DNA of 64,000 nt, from contig JABHXA010000002.1 of NCBI GenBank assembly GCA_018657495.1, forward strand, positions 5,472 to 69,471. The letters run 5' to 3'. This document shows, piece by piece, positions 58,685-64,000 of this stretch. The position numbers and the translations under genes are program-made. The notes beneath the pieces were generated by a model. That model was not told the origin of the DNA, made no database searches, and worked only from the letters and a program-made list of their open reading frames with translations. Numbering within the stretch: position 1 is the first letter of the stretch; each line of letters begins with the position of its first letter. This DNA is from Fidelibacterota bacterium (GTDB taxonomy: Bacteria; Fidelibacterota; Marinisomatia; SCGC-AAA003-L08; JACNLC01).

Positions 58685-59410
58685 GTGAGAAAGATAGCGT
58701 TAGGTAAACCTGCAGAATATGAAGATTTCATTATTTCGCGTCGAATAAGCATTTTAAAATCGTTTGATGATTTTATAAATATTAAGTACAGTCTAATAGA
58801 TATAGGATGCGGTAATGGGGGAAGTCTAATTATACTTTCTGATTTGTTTAGAAAATGTCATGGGATAGATATTATTGAATCTAATCTTAAACAATTATCC
58901 GAAAAAATTTCTGAATATAAAATTCTAAATTGTACATCTAATTTAGAAGATATCGACGCTATGGAGGAGTCAGCAGATAAATATGACAGAATTGTATCAT
59001 TTGAAGTTGTTGAACATGTGAAAAATGATTTTCAAACGGTCAGGAATATGTATACCAAGTTAAATGTTGGGGGTAAAATTGCAATATCAGTACCAAATAA
59101 ATGGTGGATATTCGAAACACATGGAGCATATTTACCAATATTGCCTTGGAATAGGGTTCCATTATTTTCCTGGCTACCGAAGTTTATTCATTCAAGATAT
59201 GCAAAAGCTAGAATTTATCGTAAAAAAGATATTAATAAAATTGTTGAACATGCTGGATTTAAAAATATAAAAATTCAATATATTACAGCACCAATGGATG
59301 TGATAAAGTGGAAACCATTACAGTCATTCTTACGGAAGACAATTTTTAGCAAGAATACAACAAAAATTCCATTTTTATCTACATCGATTATAGTATACGC
59401 AGAAAAATGA
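58685..59410 (+). CDS. Class I SAM-dependent methyltransferase
   Basis: Motif I is LIDIGCGNGGS. An acidic loop (GIDIIE) and post-II SFEVVEHV follow. It uses a GTG start preceded by GGGAGAG. Confidence 0.75.
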   Translation: MRKIALGKPAEYEDFIISRRISILKSFDDFINIKYSLIDIGCGNGGSLIILSDLFRKCHGIDIIESNLKQLSEKISEYKILNCTSNLEDIDAMEESADKYDRIVSFEVVEHVKNDFQTVRNMYTKLNVGGKIAISVPNKWWIFETHGAYLPILPWNRVPLFSWLPKFIHSRYAKARIYRKKDINKIVEHAGFKNIKIQYITAPMDVIKWKPLQSFLRKTIFSKNTTKIPFLSTSIIVYAEK

Positions 59411-59588
59411 TATACAATTAATCACTCTTCAACAATAGTGTGCAAAAAAAGTCAGTTAAACGTTTTATTAATTGAATTCGAGTTCAGAGTAGATATCAAT
59501 TCGGGTTAACCGATCTTTGTTAATAAAAAAGCTAATTTACTTTACTAATCATCATATAGTATTGAAAATTTTATTTAGAGGGTGTATT

Positions 59589-61631
59589 ATGAATAAATTA
59601 TATTTGAAAATATTCTTTTGCTTTCTGATTATTATCCTTCTCCCTGCACAGACTATCCCAGATATTAGTAATAATAATTCACACATCCGCTTTGGGTGCA
59701 TTGAAGACAGTTTTGGAGACTGTTGTGAAGCACCATTTGAAGTTTGGTTTGACAATGACAATGATGGATTAGGTGATCCTGATTTTCCCGCTTTAGCTTG
59801 TATGGATTATGCCGGATGGGTAACTAACAATAGTGATCTAAATGATAATTGCTTTTCTAATGAAATTGATTGTGCGGATAATTGTGATGGAAGTTGGATT
59901 GAGGATCAATTCGGAATGTGTTGCTCTGAGTTACAAACATTTTGGCAGGATTTGGATGGAGATGGCCTTGGTAATCCAAATATCAGTATGGAAGCATGCG
60001 AAGAACCAGAAGGATGGTCATCATATCCAGTAGACCTTATGGATAATTGTTTCTCCAATATAAAAGATTGTCTCAGGACTTGTGATGGAACTGCTTATTA
60101 TGATGCCTGTGGTGTCTGTGATGATATTTCTCAAAATGACAGTACAAGTTGTGTGGGTTGTATGGATGAGGAGGCAATTAATTATGATCCGGATGCTTTA
60201 GTTGATTCAGAAAATTGTATATATCCAAGTGATCATATTTGGCATGTTTCGGTTTCTGGTTCGGATGATACTGGTACGGGTACAGTTGAAAATCCGTTTG
60301 AAACCATCAATCATACAATAGGTGTAGCCGTTACTACTGATACGATTCTTGTCCACACTGGTACCTACTATGAGAATATCAATTATTCTGGGAAAAATAT
60401 TTTAATCTGTTCTATGTTTTATTTTACCGATGATACGAGCTTTATATCGCTCACGAGCATTGATGGCGGGCAAAATGGTAGCGTAGTTACAATTGAAAAT
60501 GGGGAGGATAATAATGCAATATTAAGTGGGTTCACATTGACAAATGGATATGGGAATTTTCGAGATCCGGATGGAAATGGGGTATCCAGACATTTAGGGG
60601 GAGGTATATATTGTGATGGGACAGAACCAATGTTGGAATACTTAATAGTCAATGGAAACTTTGCTGAAGGAGGAGGTGGAATTTATTTAGGAAATGATTC
60701 GAGTCTGATTTTGTTAAACTCTTCAATAATAAATAATACTGTCACAGGATATGGAGGAGGAATAAGATGTGAAAACTCTAATAGCACGTTCTCAGACTTA
60801 ATTATAAAAAATAATAGTGCCGATTCAAAGGGAGGTGGAGTATATATCGTTTACTCAAATCCATTTATGATCAATTCAAAGATTATAGATAATTCAATTA
60901 ATTCTTGGCATGCTGGAGGTCTTTATATTGGTCATGGGTCAGATCCTATTTTGCAAAATTTATTGATTTCTGGGAATTCTGGTGAATATGGTGGTGGTGT
61001 ATCATGTGATACAAACACAAATCCAGTATTTATCAATACCACTATAACTGCTAATGTTTCGGTATACGGTGGAGGAATTCTATGCATATTAAATTCCAAT
61101 CCAATTTTCATTAATTCAATATTATGGGATAATAGCCCACAAGAAATTTATTTATGGGATAGCACAAATTCAATAGCTTTAGCATACTCAGATATCCAGG
61201 GTGGTGAATATTCAATTGTTAACTATCTTGACAATGAAGTTAACTGGATGGAAGGAAATATTGATAGCGATCCATTCTTTCTTGATATTAACAACGAAAG
61301 TTTTTCATTGTCTGAGAATTCTCCATGCATTGATACTGGAACGGATTATTTTGAGTATCAGCAAGAAATATTATTAAATCTTCTTCCAGAAGAATATGAA
61401 GGTTATAATCCTGATATGGGATCCATAGAATCAGAATTTATTGGTTTAGAAGGAGATGTTAATCATGATGAGGATCTTAATGTATTGGACATAATCCTAA
61501 TAGTCAATTTTATACTTGAATTAGACAACTTAACTGATTATGAACAATGGATTGGCGATTTAAACGACGATGGTGAAATCAATATATTGGATATAATTAT
61601 ATTAATCAGTCTTATCTTGCAAGGAGGCTAA
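59589..61631 (+). CDS. Secreted MopE-type Cys/Asp repeat - right-handed beta-helix (Pmp-like) - dockerin protein, paralogue 3
   Basis: Start moved to the ATG preceded by AGAGGG (MNKLYLKIFFCFLIIILLPAQT signal). The N-terminal 186 codons are colinear with paralogue 2. The beta-helix is longer and divergent (LGGGIYC, GGGGIYL, YGGGIRC, KGGGVYI, HAGGLYI, YGGGVSC, YGGGILC). The dockerin is GDVNHDEDLNVLD ... DLNDDGEINILD. Confidence 0.7.
   Translation: MNKLYLKIFFCFLIIILLPAQTIPDISNNNSHIRFGCIEDSFGDCCEAPFEVWFDNDNDGLGDPDFPALACMDYAGWVTNNSDLNDNCFSNEIDCADNCDGSWIEDQFGMCCSELQTFWQDLDGDGLGNPNISMEACEEPEGWSSYPVDLMDNCFSNIKDCLRTCDGTAYYDACGVCDDISQNDSTSCVGCMDEEAINYDPDALVDSENCIYPSDHIWHVSVSGSDDTGTGTVENPFETINHTIGVAVTTDTILVHTGTYYENINYSGKNILICSMFYFTDDTSFISLTSIDGGQNGSVVTIENGEDNNAILSGFTLTNGYGNFRDPDGNGVSRHLGGGIYCDGTEPMLEYLIVNGNFAEGGGGIYLGNDSSLILLNSSIINNTVTGYGGGIRCENSNSTFSDLIIKNNSADSKGGGVYIVYSNPFMINSKIIDNSINSWHAGGLYIGHGSDPILQNLLISGNSGEYGGGVSCDTNTNPVFINTTITANVSVYGGGILCILNSNPIFINSILWDNSPQEIYLWDSTNSIALAYSDIQGGEYSIVNYLDNEVNWMEGNIDSDPFFLDINNESFSLSENSPCIDTGTDYFEYQQEILLNLLPEEYEGYNPDMGSIESEFIGLEGDVNHDEDLNVLDIILIVNFILELDNLTDYEQWIGDLNDDGEINILDIIILISLILQGG
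59697..60254 (+). repeat. 558-nt paralogous block B (Cys/Asp-rich N-terminal module of paralogue 3), colinear with 56682-57239
   Basis: See block A. The protein segments differ only at scattered positions (TWVEDQFGMCCSELQTFWQDLDGDGLGNPNISMEACDEPEGW versus SWIEDQFGMCCSELQTFWQDLDGDGLGNPNISMEACEEPEGW). Confidence 0.8.
61452..61628 (+). other. Dockerin (type I-like) C-terminal module of paralogue 3
   Basis: GDVNHDEDLNVLDIILIVNFIL ... GDLNDDGEINILDIIILISLIL. Confidence 0.7.
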
Positions 61632-62399
61632 GTAGACAGTCCCTAATACAAATATCTCATTTAATAAAGGAATATTTCCGATAGGAGATATTCTTGTTCT
61701 CCATCCCAAACGTATTTCGTGGGACGGTCTAAATGTGAAGAATTTTTTTTGATTGATCTTGAATGACAAACTTTTCATCAGTTTTATAAAATTCATATTT
61801 GTCATCTTACATTTTTTAATTTCAATAATATTATTTAACGCTTCTTCAGATTCGTGTAAGAGATGAAGAATAGGTAACAAAAAGATATTTGGGATCATTC
61901 CCAAAAAGGGTAATTTTTTTAAAAAGGATTTCAAAAATGTCTGTTGATGAAGTCCAAATGGTGAATAAAAAGGTGGAAATGTAATTAGAAAAACAGTGTC
62001 AGGATTTGCAAAAGATTTTAAAGAGGATAAGAAGTCAAATTTATGGTCCAGTAAAATATGTTCAATAACATCACGTAGAATGATAATATCATAATCACTA
62101 CCAAGATTATTTACCGCATTCTCACTGAGAATATCCTGAACTTTATAAGTTACATTATTCGATTCTTTCCAGTTGAAATCTCTGATTTCAACTCCTACAC
62201 AATCTGCTCCCGAATCGCCAAAAGCAGCAGTAAAACCACCATTTCCACAACCAATATCTAGCACTTTTTTACCTTTTACTTGTACATTCCAATTTTTTAA
62301 CAGTGGGATGTAATATTCTTGTGCTAAAAGGAATTGATATTTCCAATAGTATTCCTGCCATGTAGGAAAATCTTTCACATAAATGTGTGTTAGGCTCAT
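61602..62399 (-). CDS. Class I SAM-dependent methyltransferase
   Basis: Motif I VLDIGCGNGGFT, GVEI, and LRDVIEHI. Its ATG overlaps the stop of the upstream MscS gene by 1 nt (TAATG). Its 3' end overlaps the convergent paralogue-3 gene by 30 nt. Confidence 0.75.
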   Translation of the reverse strand: MSLTHIYVKDFPTWQEYYWKYQFLLAQEYYIPLLKNWNVQVKGKKVLDIGCGNGGFTAAFGDSGADCVGVEIRDFNWKESNNVTYKVQDILSENAVNNLGSDYDIIILRDVIEHILLDHKFDFLSSLKSFANPDTVFLITFPPFYSPFGLHQQTFLKSFLKKLPFLGMIPNIFLLPILHLLHESEEALNNIIEIKKCKMTNMNFIKLMKSLSFKINQKKFFTFRPSHEIRLGWRTRISPIGNIPLLNEIFVLGTVYLASLQDKTD

Positions 62400-63427
62400 T
62401 ATTCGTCCCTCTTAATTGTCCTAATCGGAAATGGGATTTCGATATTATTTTCATCAAATCGTTTTTTTAATAATTTGACAAATTCGCTTCTTACTAAATG
62501 CTGGGCGCTAAAATTGGCGGCTCTCATTACCACTGTAAAATCAATGCTGGATTCACCAAATGTATGAAAACGCATTCGCGGTTCAAAATCAGGAATTGCT
62601 CCTTTCACATTATGCATGATTTCCTTCGCAGTCGAAATTACCAGTTCCTCAACACGATCAAGATCACTATCATAGGCAACGCCGCAATCTACCTTGACCC
62701 GTAAGTTGGGAGTTGGAATGCTATAATTCACAATAGTGGCAATTGCCAGTTCAGCATTTGGAACTACGATTGTATTGTTAGACCTGTCGATAAGTGTCGT
62801 ATTCCGCAGTGTAATATCGGTGATTGTACCTTCCATCCCGGAGCTTAATTGTATAAAATTCCCCACATGAAGCTGTTTTGACATGAGAATCTGTATCCCG
62901 GCAAAAAAGTTTGCTAGCGTATCTTTTAAGGCAAAACCGGCAGCCATACTGCCTACCCCTAAGGCACCAAGAAGGGGTGTGATTTTCATACCAAATGTCT
63001 GCAGTAGCATTAATACTGCAATACCAATGATGAGGCTACGCAGTATTATCATTAATATCCCGAGATTATGAAATTCAGTATTATATTTTCCAGTATAACT
63101 TGCTACTGCGGTTCCAATTATATTTGATATCGCAAATGCAGCACTGATAACAAAAAGCACTAAGAATATCTTACTGGCAGGATCCGTAATGGAAATGGGA
63201 AATACACCGGTTTCAAATGCGAGATAAAATCCTCCGATGATCAGCCAGAAAGATATGTATTTTTTAATATTTTTTAGAAAGATATCATCGCCACCCCAGG
63301 AAGTGAGATTTGCCAGTTTCTGCAATTTTACTGCTACAAACGAATTAAAAATTCTTGAACTGATTAATCCAGCGAGTATAAATATAACCGGGAGGATGTA
63401 TGGTTTTGCGATATTAAAATATTCCAT
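62399..63427 (-). CDS. Small-conductance mechanosensitive channel (MscS family)
   Basis: Multiple N-terminal TM helices are followed by the MscS core FAGIQILMSKQLHVGNFIQL ... GTITDITLRNTTLIDRSNNTIVVPNAEL. The ATG at 63427 is preferred over the TTG at 63433 used by the ORF track. Confidence 0.8.
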   Translation of the reverse strand: MEYFNIAKPYILPVIFILAGLISSRIFNSFVAVKLQKLANLTSWGGDDIFLKNIKKYISFWLIIGGFYLAFETGVFPISITDPASKIFLVLFVISAAFAISNIIGTAVASYTGKYNTEFHNLGILMIILRSLIIGIAVLMLLQTFGMKITPLLGALGVGSMAAGFALKDTLANFFAGIQILMSKQLHVGNFIQLSSGMEGTITDITLRNTTLIDRSNNTIVVPNAELAIATIVNYSIPTPNLRVKVDCGVAYDSDLDRVEELVISTAKEIMHNVKGAIPDFEPRMRFHTFGESSIDFTVVMRAANFSAQHLVRSEFVKLLKKRFDENNIEIPFPIRTIKRDE

Positions 63428-63429
63428 AA

Positions 63430-64000
63430 TCAATTACCACTTAATTTATTGAAATCAGATCCTGTTGGAGATTGATACACCGATAAATCAAATCCATTCA
63501 AAGCAGCCATGATATGGTCAAAAATATCAGATTGAATATTTTCATAATCAATCCAATCTACCGTATTCGTGAAAAAGTAAAGCTGTATAGGTAACCCTGT
63601 ATCAGTTGATTGAAGCTGCCGAACCAGCAATGTCATATCCTGCCTTACATTTGGATGATTTCTGAGATAAGATATAATATAAGCTCTGAAGGTTCCAATA
63701 TTGGTCATGCGACGTCCGTTTACAAGTTCATCCATCCCAGATTGATCTTGATTATTATACTGGGTCAGTTCATCTGACTTTGACTGGATATATTCTGAGA
63801 TATAGTGAATTCGTGAGAATCTATCCAACATTTCCTGTGTGCAAAATTTTATTGAGTTGATATCAATATGGATTGATCGTTTGACCCTCCGTCCGCCGCT
63901 GGAAGACATACCTCTCCAGTTTTTGAATGATGAATCTATCATTTTGTGTGTCGGTATGGTGGAAATAGTCTTATCCCAATTTTGAATTTTGATATGATGA
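63430..64000 (-). CDS. Mechanosensitive channel, YbdG/MscM-like, C-terminal part (5' end outside the window)
   Basis: The frame stays open upstream of the ATG at 63942 to the window edge (HHIKIQNWDKTISTIPTHK-MIDSSFKNWRGM). TNIGTFRAYIISYLRNHPNV ... LLVRQL ... GLPIQLYFFT ... IQSDIFDHIMAAL resembles the C-terminal domain of YbdG-type channels. This assignment is from memory. Confidence 0.65.
   Translation of the reverse strand, partial: HHIKIQNWDKTISTIPTHKMIDSSFKNWRGMSSSGGRRVKRSIHIDINSIKFCTQEMLDRFSRIHYISEYIQSKSDELTQYNNQDQSGMDELVNGRRMTNIGTFRAYIISYLRNHPNVRQDMTLLVRQLQSTDTGLPIQLYFFTNTVDWIDYENIQSDIFDHIMAALNGFDLSVYQSPTGSDFNKLSGN

Noticed and set aside
56520-59516. A shared 9-mer, AACCGATCT, upstream of paralogue 2 (56520-56528) and paralogue 3 (59508-59516); a possible common regulatory site.
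   Set aside because: The distance to the start codon differs (about 49 versus 73 nt). It is absent upstream of paralogue 1. A single 9-mer shared between two ~200-nt regions is not statistically compelling.
1-64000. A search by eye for tRNA, rRNA, CRISPR repeats, IS elements, integrases and phage genes.
   Set aside because: None was found. No spacer-repeat periodicity, no T-loop-like GGTTCGAATCC outside coding sequence, and no transposase or integrase motifs were seen in any ORF. This negative is by eye only and needs tRNAscan, Infernal or ISfinder-type tools to confirm.

Overview
This is a low-GC, tightly packed bacterial chromosomal segment with about 51 protein-coding genes. By eye I found no rRNA, tRNA, CRISPR array, transposase, integrase or phage genes; a covariance-model scan would be needed to confirm the RNA negatives. 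Several families look typical of the Fibrobacteres-Chlorobi-Bacteroidetes group or a related uncultured marine lineage (DUF5686-like outer-membrane protein, Y_Y_Y/propeller sensor, 543-aa PruA, FGE-fold lipoprotein). That placement is inference only.

Layout:
- **1-6175 (+):** an operon of two giant tandem-repeat surface proteins plus a propeller/Y_Y_Y membrane protein with no output domain.
- **6355-8648 (+):** an FGE-fold lipoprotein, a frameshifted trypsin-like lipoprotein and a small DUF5706 (Pycsar-effector-like) membrane protein.
- **8813-13125 (+):** a two-gene RND efflux pump.
- **13135-33995 (-):** a long minus-strand array. It carries phosphofructokinase, a GAF-GGDEF cyclase, a G-domain-less YchF paralogue, small enzymes, and a 12-kb signalling cluster of four large PAS histidine kinases (three translationally coupled) plus one stand-alone receiver. 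After these come a beta-carbonic-anhydrase-like ORF, hemolysin III and a DUF5686-like outer-membrane protein.
- **34235-39427 (+):** anmK, PMM/PGM, polyprenyl synthase and PGI/PMI, then a bifunctional nuclease.
- **39473-54120 (-):** the conserved rpmF-plsX-fabHDG-acpP-fabF-rnc cluster, then ndk, sucCD, carbamate kinase, a cyclic-2,3-DPG-synthetase-like P-loop protein and pruA.
- **54561-62399:** the most unusual region. Three tandem mosaic paralogues each combine a signal peptide, MopE-type Cys/Asp metal-binding repeats, a Pmp-like right-handed beta-helix and a C-terminal dockerin. They are interleaved with two class I SAM methyltransferases.
- **62399-64000 (-):** two MscS-family channel genes, the last truncated by the window edge.

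All family names come from motif recognition by eye. No database search was run.
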